The notes under the pieces are model-generated. The model saw nothing but the letters and a program-made list of their open reading frames with translations. It was not told the origin of the DNA and did no database searches. Positions 39,101-52,700 of a stretch of 64,000 nucleotides of DNA are shown here, in pieces. Source of the DNA: Ancylonema sp. Its lineage: Eukaryota. Location: assembly GCA_050230475.1 (NCBI GenBank), contig JBFLGF010000148.1:1-64000 (forward strand). Direction: 5' to 3'. Position numbers and translations under genes: made by a program. Numbering within the stretch: position 1 is the first letter of the stretch; every line of letters begins with the position of its first letter.

Positions 39101-39758
39101 TTCATGGAGAGTTCCGATCGGCTCGGCTTCCGAACGGCTGCATTTTTCGATAGAATCCCCTAGCAACGTTTTTTATGCCAGGGAAGACCAACACTGTTTT
39201 TTATATGTTATGCAATGGGTCTGCCATGATTTGGCAATGACTTGGGTACTCCTTTTGATGTCTGCACTATGCCAACTTTAGCATGCATCCGAGGGGGTGT
39301 GTTAGAATATTTTTGGATAGCCAATATGTTATGCTGCTAGTCCAGTTGTGAACCGGTTACTCTAACCGGGAGCATCTTCTAGATGTGCCTGTATGCGGGG
39401 CCGGGCAAGTTTGTGCCCGGGCACCTGACATGTTTCCGACGCTTAGAGAAGAAGACGTTATTTGTTGTTTGAAGCGTCGTGATTGGCTTGTTTAGTCGTG
39501 GTGTCAGAAATGTCCGTCCGGCATGTGCCGTTGTCATGTAGAAGAGCTGTCCGTCAATGATAGGCCGTCGGTCAATTGTGCCGACCGTCGGCACACAACA
39601 ATCTGTAAAGCGCATCGGGTATTACCATCCCCGATGCAATCACAATTTCGTTCCACACACGCAACTCCTGTCTCGTTTTGATCATCAGTGATTTTTGCGT
39701 ACGGTTCGTTTTGTCGCCCACCTAATTTCCGGCACGTCTAATCACTCAAAAGCTTATA
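33146..39758 (+). mobile_element. Ty1/copia LTR retrotransposon, copy 1 (LTRs 33146-33586 and 39300-39758; TSD CTGCC)
   Basis: PBS GGTTATGGGCCCA at 33587-33599. Gag, PR, IN (DLIGPL, RTDKGGEY, EQNGICERLNRTL), RT (RYKVRLVAQGF, QMDVITAFLHG, IHVDD) and RH (GYCDASW). PPT GAGGGGGTG. CTGCC at 33141-33145 and 39759-39763. Many frameshifts. Confidence 0.95.
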
Positions 39759-40659
39759 CTGCCGGTTGGCGGGACGTACTTCACTCGGGGAAATTGGTTG
39801 AGTGGAATACGCCTCTCGTTTGCGCGCAGCAGTTGTAGTGGGTTATATGGCCTTCGAGGTGTCCATGGTATCACCCCCAGTGGAGGTAGGGGCGATTGAA
39901 GCAGGAGAAGGTGCAAGATTGATGGATGTTGAGGGTGCGGAGCTGGTAGGTGAGGAAACGGGAATCGCTGTTGACTGTTCTCCTCGCAACACATTTTTGC
40001 CGATTTCCATCTATAGCCTTTGTTCCAGACGAGCAGCTTCTTGGCGAACTTCCAAGAGCTGCGTTGCGTGAAGTTTGACCAGGTCCCGCATCTTGTCTTC
40101 CAATTTGGAATGCAGGTTGTCCACTAGAAGATCATACTCTTGGATCCATTTGCTCTTTTCTTCCTCCCGAGCTGTGGCGATGTCGACTTTTGCTTGCACA
40201 TCCTTGCAGATAAGCACCGATTCTTGTTCCTTGATGAGTTGTGCGATTCTTCGTGTAATCGTTGCCTCTGCCTCAGTTTTGGCCATTTTGAATACGACTG
40301 CCTAGAAACGTTTCTGTAGCGTGATCATAGTGTGGTAACGGTCTCGCAATACGTCCTCCGTGAGCTCGTGTAGCTCATCTGATTCGAAGGTGTCAGGTCG
40401 AGAAAGCTCGAGAAAGCTCGAGAAAGGTCGAGACAGCTCGAGAAAGGTCTGTATCAAAAGGAATGGTTGAAATGAACTGAGTGTCAGGTAGAGAAGGTTG
40501 AGGTGATGTAGGATTGGTTGGAATGTCTGAGGATGGAATGGTTGATGTATCTAATTCCATAAGAGTAGGAGTTTCTTTAAATCCAGTAGCGCGAAAGAAT
40601 GTCTGACACACACTATTGCGAGATGAGATGACTTGATTGAAATCTATAAACTTTGCTTG

Positions 40660-41583
40660 TTAAAGTGCTTCACGAATGCACTTGCGTTTGATTTTCTCCT
40701 CGATTTCAGCATACAGTCGTTTGCGTACTACTGATTGGTGAGGTGTATCCGAAATTTCTTGTAGTTCCCCATAGTCCGTTGTGAACTCAGGCAAAGGGTC
40801 AATGCGTTTGGAGCCAGGTGTAGGTGGATAGTTATCCTCATAATCACCTGCTGCCACTTTGACCGGTGATAAGGTAGGCAAGACGGCCTCCTCTGGTTGG
40901 GAGCCGAATTGAATGGAACGGCGTGGGCTGACACGTACAGATTCACTGTCTTTGGCAGATTGGTCTGCTTTGGCCTTCTTCTCCTTCTGGTGGAGAGGTG
41001 CAGCAAGATCCCCAGGTATGAGGGTCAAAGATGGTGAAGCACTGTTTGTCATATACACTTCCAATTTTTTGGATTGATGTCGGACTGTGAGTGGTAATGA
41101 TGCTAGGCATAACCCACCCCTTTCCCAATCTTCCCTATAAAAGAATAGATGTTGCCAAGGGTCAGAGTATCCACCAATTTGTCCAATAATTTCATTGCCC
41201 AGTAAGACGTCAAATTCTCTGGATGGAGACATGTGGAGTTCCATATAAATGGTGGTTGGATTGGGTGTGCCTCTGCCAGTGGTAATCGGAAATTTTTCCT
41301 TGGTTGAACCGAGACTGATTTCTTGAGCACCAGATGCGGTGATGTATGGTGTCCCAGGTTTCAACATGTTTGGTGTGATTCCAAGTTTGGATGCCATGAT
41401 TCTGCCAATCATGGTTTTGATGGCACCACTGTCTACTACCACCTTGTTTGGTTTCTCATTCATGATTGTGAACACCCCACGGTTGTTGCGAAGGAGTGCA
41501 ACATATTTGGTGTCTTGAGAGTTGCGTGGTGAGGAAGTGGTGAAATCCTGACTGGTGGTGTATTGGGCTGCAGGTTCTTGCAT
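40660..41583 (-). CDS. Retropepsin-like aspartic protease ORF of family 1 element
   Basis: KVVVDSGAIKTMIG and FDVLLGNEII motifs in an open 307-aa frame. Confidence 0.8.
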   Translation of the reverse strand: MQEPAAQYTTSQDFTTSSPRNSQDTKYVALLRNNRGVFTIMNEKPNKVVVDSGAIKTMIGRIMASKLGITPNMLKPGTPYITASGAQEISLGSTKEKFPITTGRGTPNPTTIYMELHMSPSREFDVLLGNEIIGQIGGYSDPWQHLFFYREDWERGGLCLASLPLTVRHQSKKLEVYMTNSASPSLTLIPGDLAAPLHQKEKKAKADQSAKDSESVRVSPRRSIQFGSQPEEAVLPTLSPVKVAAGDYEDNYPPTPGSKRIDPLPEFTTDYGELQEISDTPHQSVVRKRLYAEIEEKIKRKCIREAL

Positions 41584-44500
41584 GGAGTTGACAAGTGCAG
41601 CCGCGTTGTCTCGTGCCTTTTTGGCGATCTACAACAGTTGTGCACGCAAAACATTGACATGGTCATGAAGCATGTCATAAAGAGCTTGTGCATGTGGTAG
41701 AGGTATGGGTGGGGGGGCAGCAGTATCATGGAACTGGTTCATGTATGTAGTGCGAGCTTCCAAAATGTTAGGAAATTTAGGTACAAATGATTCTGGCATT
41801 TTTGTACTGTATCCCTGTCTGCGACCGTAATCCTCCCCCTCTCTTGTTCGTTGTTCAAGAAATGTCTCTGGATGGGGCTCCGGGTATGGAAGTGGTAGAA
41901 CTACTTGGTTTAGGATCAGATTGATAATGAATTGGGGTAGTTTCAGGCAAGGGTGGTACTTGTGTTTCATTCACAGGTGTATCAACAGGTGGAGTGTGAT
42001 AATATCTAGTGGATTCCGATGGTGAGACTGCATCAGAGCTGAGGAGAGTGACCACAAGAACATGAAATTGAGTTTGTTTCTGAATGATCGCTTGTTTCTT
42101 CTTCTCTTTTGCAGCCACCCGTGGTGAACGTCTGGTTGACATTAGGTATTGACATGGAATGGTATGGTCAATTACCTCAGAGTCCGTTGTCTGGAGTGCG
42201 ACATGTTGTCGAATTCGCGTTGGCGTGCCAAGTCGTCTACTTGCATAGCCAAGTAACTTGTCTATGTCTCAGGAGTCTTCCACCCGATTTGTTTGGGTTG
42301 AGTATCTGCACTGGGTGGTGTACTGAGAGTTAGTAAGTTTTGTGCCTTGGCAAGTTTATGACATTGGTCTCGGGTGTGGTGTTTCCCTTTTGCAGTATTC
42401 AGCAGTATTCACAAAATGCATTAGCGGTGTACTGTTTTGCATCAAACTGGCGAGGTCGTGGTTTGAAAGATTGTCTATTTTCAGTACCGTACGCACTTCT
42501 CCCCTTACTAGCTCAGCACCGTCCAACTCCCCAAGTACCGCACCCTCATCTGTCACCAGCTCCCTAGTACCAACAAGTGCTGACCAGATGGATACTTCAG
42601 AGGTTACCAAGCCTGCTATTGCGACTGCTCGCAAACGAGATGCTCATCCAACCATCCCCATCTCTCCAAGTGACAAGCGCCCAACCAACAGGCAGCGCAT
42701 GCATACCGCATCCCCATTTGTGAAACCACACAAAGTGGAGGAAACCCTTATGGACGCCAGACGCTCTATCCTCGTCCCAACCACCACCTCTAGTCGACCC
42801 GGGGCAAGCCATCGTCACCGCAATGGAGCTCGAGTCTCTGCAGCATAAAACACTCAATTGCTACGAACATCTGCGCGATCCCCGTGATAAAACCGACATC
42901 GCCCAACGTCTGGCACGCACAAACACTAGTGTGTTAGACTTCACTTTCCGTCAACCATTCCAACGTCCTGCCATGGCACACTCGGTAAACATTGGTGCCA
43001 GTCCCCACTTCTACCCTCGGTAAGACAAAAAACGGTTGGCGGCTTCCATCTACGTACCTCCAGTCTTCTGCGATGTTTTCCACCAGCTAGAGTTACGTGG
43101 CTAGGAGCGTCTTTGCACAACTCATTTGAAGATGCAACACGACCACTAGTCGCAAACCACTACAGTCACCTGGACAGGGCAGACCTTTCAAAGAGATCAT
43201 ACTTTGCCTCGGACGATCATCACCACCCATTTCGATTCTTAATTCATGGGCCTGCACGTCTACCTACCATTTGGCGGCCTGGACGTGCTCGAAATCGTCC
43301 TCACAGCCGGTTTCAAAGTCGCCCACGTTACCCCGCAAACAGACTGCATCTACACCAAAAACAAGTGGCAACTATCACACGGAGGTAAAGCAGACATACA
43401 ACCCCCTCGCACGGAGATTTCGACAATCGCCTGCATCCACTCCTTGCTGTCATCAAATGGATCCACCGTAGTGCCAAGGTCAAGAACTACTACCTAGTGT
43501 AGTACTTCTTCACCCACATCGGCACATCCGAGTACCCTCCTTGGGTCCACGATCTCTACCACTTGGCGCGCGCCCTCCTCGGCAATGCCGCTTAGCTGCA
43601 ACCTCTTCGCTTCCAAAGCCATGTTCATCGACCCACCAAGGTCTGGACAAACTGCATCACACCTCGGAAGCTGGAGCTGTGGCAACCAAATAATATCACC
43701 CGTCAACCACTCTCCGACATCTTGGAACCGTGCCACATAGCTCAATTGCTCACCATTCCTGATATGATCACTCCTACACTCAACCGCCTGGACAACCGTC
43801 TGGCAGTCTTTCCAACCAGGAGCCTTACTTGTGATTAGCATAGTATTCCATTTGCTCGGATGGTCGACTAGGCAACGGCATGTTGTTCGACAGACCTTTG
43901 CTGCGGTATGTACCACTCTCACCTTTCGAGATTGAGCGAGCACTCGGACGACCCATCGGCCACACGGCGCATGCACGCATCCCCAAACCGTTGCGCGCAT
44001 CACACTTGGCCCACATGATGGATGATCGCCTCATCACTTTCCAGGCGGAAATACCCAAGGCCAACCGGACATAGGAATCACCCCTCAACTCGGAACAAAG
44101 GTACTACCCAACCTCAACTCTGGGGGGGAGAGAAACTAGATCCTCTGGTCAGCAAATTTCAACTAATCCTGCGAAACCACGCAAAAAAAACAAAACCAAC
44201 TCCAAAGTCAACACTCAACCTGGAGTCACGGGCCCACATACCCAAGTCCACACCCAACCAACCGAAAGTCGACGAACCAAATTACGACCTAACCACTCAT
44301 CGAAACCCGGTCCACGACCACGGAACCAAATTCTACCAACCCGACCAGTCATTCCAAAGTTAAGGCTTCACAACCCAACGGTCAAACCACCACTTTCTGG
44401 TCCGCACCATTCTAGTCCACGACTTTATCCTCGTTTACGGCCACACCGAGCACCTTAGTCTACACACAAACTTACCACTCGGGACATAACTTGGATGTAA

Positions 44501-46456
44501 ACTAAACCCAGTAGACCATCCAACCCTACCTCTCATGTTCCATCATACCAAACACGCAAAAAAAAAATACAAACAACATGTGGATTTTTCGTGAGTTTCT
44601 CACCAATTCTAGTATCGACCACCACCACCACCCACAGTACCACCTGTACGGCTTCATTTTTCCCTTTCAGCATATTCAACATCTATTTCTACCATTTCGG
44701 ATACACTCAGTATACGAGACAGCCTACCAGAGCTTCTTGAAATACCATCTTCACCCGATTATGACCACACTATCTTTCACTATGTCGACGACCACACTTT
44801 CCCTATTTAGGCAACCATTATACCTGGACCTGAACCTCATCCTCACTTACTTCTGGCATTAACAGCTGCACGGTTACGCACTCAGACCCGTGCTACTTTA
44901 CTAGATAACTCCACCACACACCTCAACACTACCTCACCACCACGGCGTTTTTTTTCCTTCTTACACCAACTAGTCTGCTGCTATTTCCTAGCTCCTACAC
45001 AAGCGTTCCACAGCAGGGGGGGGGGAGAGAGAGTAGCTGGACCACCAATACCACCACAGACCCTTCGACCACCTCACATCGTCATCAATACTGGCGCAAT
45101 CAACATCATCGCCAGGCCGCCCAGGGCATTACCACATGCATCATCATGAGAAATATATGTACCAAATTGTCAAGTACAACATCTTGGGCGGCCGACTCTA
45201 AACCGCACGCCACCTGTCATGACGCTAGAGATCGCTAAGGAGACAACCCCTCTGAATTTATCAGAAACTCCTCTATATTAATACTCCTCTACAACGAGAG
45301 TATTCGATACAACGATATATATAATTAGTACTTTGCAAGAAAAATAGTGAGAACGATTTTGTACAACTCGAAAATAGCGCGTGGCGTATTTTCCGAAGTC
45401 TAGAATCCAACAGTTTCAACAAATGGCTGCGTGTCGATTTATGTAAAATTAAAAAGTTACTTTCGACTTGTCGATGATCCCGGCGATAAATCCAGCCGTA
45501 GAATTAAAGGTAATATCTCGCGCCATTTCATGGTAGCGTCGAGATTGATTTGAAAGTTCCAAAAGCCAGCCTGTCGTAATCTTCGATATACTATTTTACT
45601 TAATTGTGCCGGTTAGCACCGCGTAACAACTTTGATGAAAGACAATTTTACTTTCTGATATGCCAGGTTCCGCTGTCAAATTGCGCTATTAAGAAAGTCC
45701 CCAACAATTCTTGTGAATTCTAAATCCTGCAATTTTGTGTATTTGCATCCCTTCGCTTACGCGACTTCGCATCGTGCTTGAATCTCTCTCAGCTTGACTT
45801 CCGTCACCCATACTATGAGTTGTCCAAATTGTCATTTGCAACTTGTTGTTTCATGCCTGTAGGAATCGTCAGCTAGAAACCCCTCTGTTTTAATCAGAAT
45901 ATTAAAATAGCCGCACCGCTATGTTTTTCCGCCATGCCACGACTCCGCCCCCGCTCATTTCATTCCGAGCTTCGTCGGTGACCGGCGCCCTGTTATTAAC
46001 TTTCGAGTAGGCAATCTTTGACTAGCTCCACTTTGTATTTGAATTGATTGGACCACGTGTCAGACTTGTCACCAAAATCAATCGTGACCGTAGCTCTTTA
46101 GATCAACAACTCAGAATCAATTAGAGATGCCTGCACCCAATTATAGCGTGTGCGCCGAGTTGATTTAGATATTCCTTGCCACGCGTATCCCAACGAGCGC
46201 GCGAGTAGAATATTCGAGTTTGACAATAAAGACTCCAGTACAACTTTCAAATCTCAGCTTTCGCTGAATTTGACGCTGAAGAGATTTTCCTGCACACCAT
46301 TATTTTCCTCGACACTCTGAATTCTTTGCCTGGCGCAATTTGTGATCTTTTGCTTTCGCAACATCGTGTGTATCGAGCGTTCGCTCATTTGTGATTACTT
46401 TGCATCAAGCTGTCGCTTTGCAATTTGTGAATTACCATCGTTACCTAAGTTATCGA

Positions 46457-47789
46457 TGACGTGCTTTTTGGAGTCGGCCGCCCGGAATGATGTTCTTCAT
46501 ACTATGTCACTTTTGTTCCCGGATGATTCTCGGAAGGATGCATGTGGTGGTGTAACGATGATGTCAACTGGATTGGTATCGATGATGTTCGTAGGTGGTC
46601 GAAGGGTCTCTGGTGGACTTGGTGGTCCGGCTGCTTTCACTAAGTGGTATTGTAGATTGAGTCTCTGTTGAGATATCAATATTATATCTATCACGCGTCT
46701 CACCGATCTGGTGATATTCACTACTTAACGCCAAAGGCGAGCTAACAGATGGTTTATAGTACAAAAGTCTGTGAAAATACTATAAAGCAAACAAGATGGT
46801 CTTGTGCAGACTATCAAGGTTAACAGCCGTAAGAGTTACTTTCGGTGCGAAAGCGAAGTATCGACGGCGCGTCGATAAAAGATGCTGGCTCAGAAAGAGC
46901 GTCAGCAGACAGGTGTAAACAACAAATGCTGGCTCGGAGCGAGCGACAACAAACACACACACACAAATGAAATTGCCGGTTCGGAGCGAACACGCAGGCA
47001 AATCGACAGATTCTTTACACACACACGCACGCTTGCTGGCTCGAGAGAGCGTCAACGATCGATGTAAAAAATTACAGTCAATATTAGAGCTGGCTCATAA
47101 AGAGCGTCAGCAACAGATTCAAATGACTCTGATTACACACACACACAGAGATTGCAAATAATTATTTGCAAACTTACCGTCTGGCTGACGGATGTCAGGC
47201 TGAGACGAAAGACGAGCACGTTGCGAAGTTGCGTAAGCAAAGGGATGCAATATTCATAGAATTGCAAGGATTCAGATGAAACATAAGATTGTAGGAAGAG
47301 ATTTCTTAACAGCACAATCTGACAGCGGAAGTTGGCAAATATGAAAGTACAAATGGTCTTTTATCAAAAATTTGTTGCGCGGTGCTAACGGGCATAGTTA
47401 ACTAGAGTTAAGCTATCGAAGATAACGACAGGCTGGCTTGTATATTATTACAATTAATATCGGCGCTACGATGAAAACGGCGCGAGATATTCCTCCAGTT
47501 TTGCGGCTGGATTTAATCGCCGGGATTATCGACAAGTCGAAAGGGACGTGTGATGTTAACAAAATCGACACGAAGCTATTTGTTGAAGACTGCTAGATTC
47601 TAGAGTTCGGAAAATACGCCACGCGCTATTTTCAAGTCGTACAATTTCGTGCTTCACTATTTTTCTTGTAAAGTACTAGTTCTATAAAATCGTTATAACG
47701 AACACTCTCGTTATAGCAGAGTATTAATCTAGAGGGGTTTCTGAACAATCTAGTGGGGTTTCGCCTTAGCGATCTCTAGCGTCACGATA
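46457..47789 (-). mobile_element. Solo A+B unit of family 1 with 4-bp TSD TCGA
   Basis: TGACGTG...GTCACGATA flanked by TCGA (46453-46456, 47790-47793). The empty site AGTTATCGATGGTCTGAC is visible in the A2 copy at ~62351-62368. Confidence 0.9.
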
Positions 47790-49708
47790 TCGATTGTCTG
47801 ACATGCTGCGCAGTCATAAATCACATGTTTGATTTACCGAGCGTTCGCTAATCCGTGCAATCCATTTGCACATCTCTTTTGCTGCTATTGACAAGCTTTG
47901 CAGTACTGTATCATAATCGATTGCTTGCTGATCAAGAATCGACGCATTTGTTGTTGTAATTTTGTGTCGCTCTCGTTACTTTTAAGCCGTCAAGTAAAAG
48001 GAGCGTGTGATAGCTTGCTAGCAGTGAGCAGTACAGCGAATAAATATCGAAAATTGCCTCGTTTGTGTGATTGTTTACAATCACTGCCGCGATTCAAGCG
48101 AGCACCGTACTCTCAAATTTAGCGAAAGGGTCTCTGACCACCAACTACGTGACTTCGACGGCTTTTCGTTCAAGAAAGGTACGTGAAAAGTGCATGTTTT
48201 TTTCCCCTACCTCTTTGCGTTGGCATAGAATCATATATGTGCATCGAGGAGTAGCTCGAATTGATATTTGTACGATTTGCGTAGTTTATATGTGAAATTG
48301 CTGCGAAATTTGCGTGTTGAATTATCATCGTGAAAGTTATTTCGTGAAATTGTGAAATTCCTATCATCTCTGTCATCTAGATTCTTGCAATCTTTGCTTT
48401 GGCTACCGTTCGTTACCGGTTGTTACTGGATTTACCGCTTTGTGACTAAGAGAACCACGAATGTACTTCATAGAGTTAGTTCCAGAATCTGGATCACGCA
48501 GTACCGAGTCTGTCACGCCAGTAAGGGAGAGACAATTTCTTGCAAGATCGTTTTGCTTTTTTTGTGACTCTTTACAAATACGAGAAGAAGAATTACCCAT
48601 ACCCTGCCCAAAATTTTACCAGGCGACCTTGTAACGGAGTGACGTGTGCACTTGTGCATTACTCTGGTTGTGTCGATAATTAAGTTAATTATCGATTGCG
48701 CCTATAAGTAGAGTTGCTTATAGAGAGGGACGCCGGCCTCGGGCCTGCGCCCCGCCTAAGTATTATTAATACTTGGCGCAATGTTGCGCCAATTAATACT
48801 TGTTTAATATTAGATATTACCGTCCCCGCGTGGAGCCGGTAACTGTCTATTATTTCGACGGGTCCTTTGACGGGTCAAAATCCCCGTCCGTTCGTACGGA
48901 TTCAGCCGTACATGACGCACAACCGTCGTTTGCGGAATTCCATCCCGCATCGACAGAGCTCGTAGAGCTCTTCCAGTGGCCTCGGCGAACCGCTGTCAGC
49001 TGAGGTGCGATTCACCCTCAGCTCAACATGAGCTTGTGCACGATTCGATCGTGAGCTCCGCCTTCAAACATACACGCCGCAGCCTGCAGAGTACTCAACA
49101 CTCAATTCACTGATTGAACAAGCTCTAGCTGGTGCAGACCGCGGACACAGCGTGTCGATTACGTTCGAGTCGTATGTGTTTTTTATTCGCTAATAACGTT
49201 ATTTATATTTCCCTGTGGCGATACATTACAGACCTCACGGTCCTCCCAGACCCGATTCGAATTCACTTGACCGAGCTCAATTCATTGGACATCACAGTTC
49301 TTACCACTCGTTTTACAGACAGTTCTACAAATATATTATTGTCTCGTATTGTTTACTCTCAAATTCGGAATATTGACACCGTAAGTAATTTTCTGGACCG
49401 ATACCGTACTCTCAAATACCGTGAATATTATACAAATTGACAGTATATCGTCAAGTTTTTGTTTTCCTTTACTGTCTACACCACTACAAGGTGCTTCCAC
49501 CGACATTCTTTTGCTGCTAAACGCACTAAGAACTGCTCACCCGGAACAATTGCACGCTTGAGAAGTATCGACAGCCACTCCTTAACCGGATATATACGTT
49601 AAAAAATAAACAAAACTTAAAAAAAAACCACCGTACACAACTATTATTATCCAAGAATTATCACAATTTGCGACCAAGTAATATATACACCGTGAATTCT
49701 ATAAGTTT

Positions 49709-52700
49709 ATGCCGTGGAAACGTATTAACGGAAGACTAACGAAAATTTCCGATTTAGAGGATTTACAAACGGGACTCACAGTAGCCATCCCTCCTGGAAC
49801 GTTTACTTTAACTTTACCAAACGTTTTGTTCGACAACAGTGATTATGAAAAAGATAGTGTAAGGTTAACCAGACAGTTGTCTCAACCTAATAACTACAAA
49901 AGTTCACCTCGAAAGACAGAACGAGAATTACCAACCGAAAAATCAACACCAGACAATACAACTCCAGTACAAAGAAATCAAAACAGTGCACCACCGACTG
50001 TATTTGATTCTCATGATTATCGACACAACAACTATCCATCTATAATATTATTTGGATCAGCACCTATTACTAGGGCAACTAGCCCATCCTTAGGATCGAC
50101 TTCAGATAATCCTAAAAGTCTAGACCTAGCTCCAAACCGAGAAGTACCTACACCAATCCAACCACCGACTCCACCATCACCTACACAACCGTCACAACCA
50201 CCGCCAACACCACCGCAAGCTGTACAGACATATCACAGACAGAATATAAATTGGGGAGATAATATTACATCCTTACCGCCAATCACACCGTATCACGGAG
50301 CATTGGGCACTACTCAAGACGAATTTATTAACTCAGTACTAAGTCATCACGAAATCCTTAAACGGCGGGAAAAACGGACTGGCTATATAGAGATGGATTT
50401 AGTTCGAAACCTAGGGGCTTATTGTAAAGGAGAAGCTCAACGAGAATCAAAGTTTTATGACAGACCATGAAGGAGACGCCAACACAAGAGATTTACGCGA
50501 AATGTGGCGTGCTTATTCTATCGATAAATTTTACTACCGATTTCATGGAAGAGGCGATGGTATGAGTGAACTACAGCCACCGAGTCAACCAGAACCACAC
50601 GAATTACAAGCATTTATAGATGCAATTAAAACGAGATTCCGTACCTCATCTGCAGAATATTTGATCAAACTGGACAATATGGTTTGTTCACCAACGGATA
50701 CAGTCTCATCAATTTACGCCAAGTTTAATGATGCAGCTTCACTGATTGAAGGTTCAAATGCAATGACTTCCGAACAGCTTGCACTTCGTTTACTTCAATT
50801 GATTCCTTTACCGATCCAATATCATATTAAGAAATGGTATTTTGACACCAACAAGCAACGGTTCTTTGCAAATCCACGAGAAGCACCATTAACAAGGAAA
50901 GAGATCATGACAGAAGCCAATGAAAGTGAATTATACATGGCAAAACAAGAACTTGCATGAGAGCTGCGGGTGGAACAAAAAAATCATCCAACTCTTATGC
51001 GCCGAAATCGACAAATTTTTACCAAAAGGCTTATACACCAAGTACTCCAACGTACAGACAATCGGATCGACAAAACGACTGATCTCAAGAGACACCTACA
51101 GATCGACAAAATACCAATGGCGAACGACCACCTATAACATGTTACAATTGTTAGAATATTTTGGATAGCCATATGTTATGCGTGCTAGTCCAGTTGTAAC
51201 CGGTTATACTCTAACCGGGAGCAATATTCTAGATGTGCCTGTATGCGTGGCCGGGCAAGTTTGTGCCCGGGCACCTGACAGGTTTCCGACGCTTAGAGAC
51301 GTTATTCGGTTGAAGCGTCGTGACTGGCTAGTTTAGTCGTGTCAGAAATGTCCGGCATGTGCCGTTGACATGTAGAAGCTGTCAGTCAATGATAGGCCGA
51401 CGGTCAATTGTGCCGACCGTCGGCAGACAACAATCTGTAAAGCGCATCGGGTATTACCATTCCCGATGCAATCACAATAATAATTCGTTCCACACACGCA
51501 ACTCCTGTCTCGTTGTGATCATCAGTAAGAGATCCTTTTGGTACGGTTCGTTTTGTCGCCCACCTAATTATTCCGGCACGTCTTCACTCAAAAGCTTATA
51601 GGTTATGGGCCCACGTGCGGTCTAGTTCAGACCCGTGTAGGTTAAAAACTAAAGGCTCCACGCGATTTCGCTGCGGTAATCTCTGTGAACGGTATATTCT
51701 GCGAGCGCAAATATATTCGTGGTTGTTAAGGTCTGCACGTAATTCTGTTGACATTGCGCTGCAAGCTTTCGAGCTAGTGCTGCAGGCAGGAATTGCACTG
51801 AGAACTCGAGCTGAGCGAGAAATTTTGTAAAATCCTACACAATAGCTGCCACAATGACGGATAGGTCGCAAATCCCTCAGTTTACTGGAGCTGATTATAC
51901 AGGATGGGCCCTTCAAGGTCAAGTATGGGCTGGCGGACGACAAGAAACTGCATCGTTTGGTGATGGATTGGGACAACTTCTTGCCGCGAAAGTGTCGCCC
52001 AGACGTTATCCTTCCATGACACCACACCTGACAACGCAATTTGCCGCCAGGGGGATCGACGTGGATGTCGAAATATTGGTCAGACAGCAGCAGATTTCCC
52101 AGCAGCTGCTGCAGCTGGAGAAATGGGATGAAGACAATCTGGCTGCTATGTCGTACATTGTGAAGCACCTAGGTCCTTCGGAGCTGACGCACGTCACGGA
52201 CTGCACGACAGGTGCCGGAATGTGGGATGCTCTGAGGACATTCTACCAGGTGCAGGGAGCGATCGAGATCGCAAATACGGAAGCACTGCTGAGCGCGATC
52301 ATTCAGACAGAGGCGGAGGACCTCAACGTGTACGTCAAGCGTCTGCAGTAGCTGCATCAGGATCTAAAAAATCTGGGGGCGCCATCTCCGACGAAGCAGG
52401 CGATCAACCTGCTGAACTCGTTAAACACGCATTACAGCCCAATGGTCTCAACGCTGATGCCATGGTCCGAGTCGTCGCCACACCTCTTCAATTCCCCCAC
52501 ATCGTGAGTGCGCTGCTGCGAGACGACGTGCGGAAGGAGCTGAAGGACCGTAAAAGGGGGGCGCTGCCTGGAGGTCACCAAGCGCATTATGGTGGACCTA
52601 GGGGGGGGAATGGAGCTGGAGGTAGCAGCAGATCTGGTGGTGCGACTGGAGCTGGTCGCAGAGACGCTGCAGGCGTCGAATGCTTCGACTGCCACAAATT

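Larger units (their letters stand above)
30388..42490 (-). mobile_element. Family 1 split-repeat element (5'-truncated; PPT-B1-most of A2 deleted): gag end, protease, coiled-coil region, [copia insertion], DNMT-like domain, partial A2 (30554-~30700), B2 (30388-30551)
   Basis: Colinear with 8436-10090 and 42495-45012. Protease motif VVVDSGA. Reverse complement of B at the left end. No RT/RH/IN motifs. Confidence 0.8.
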
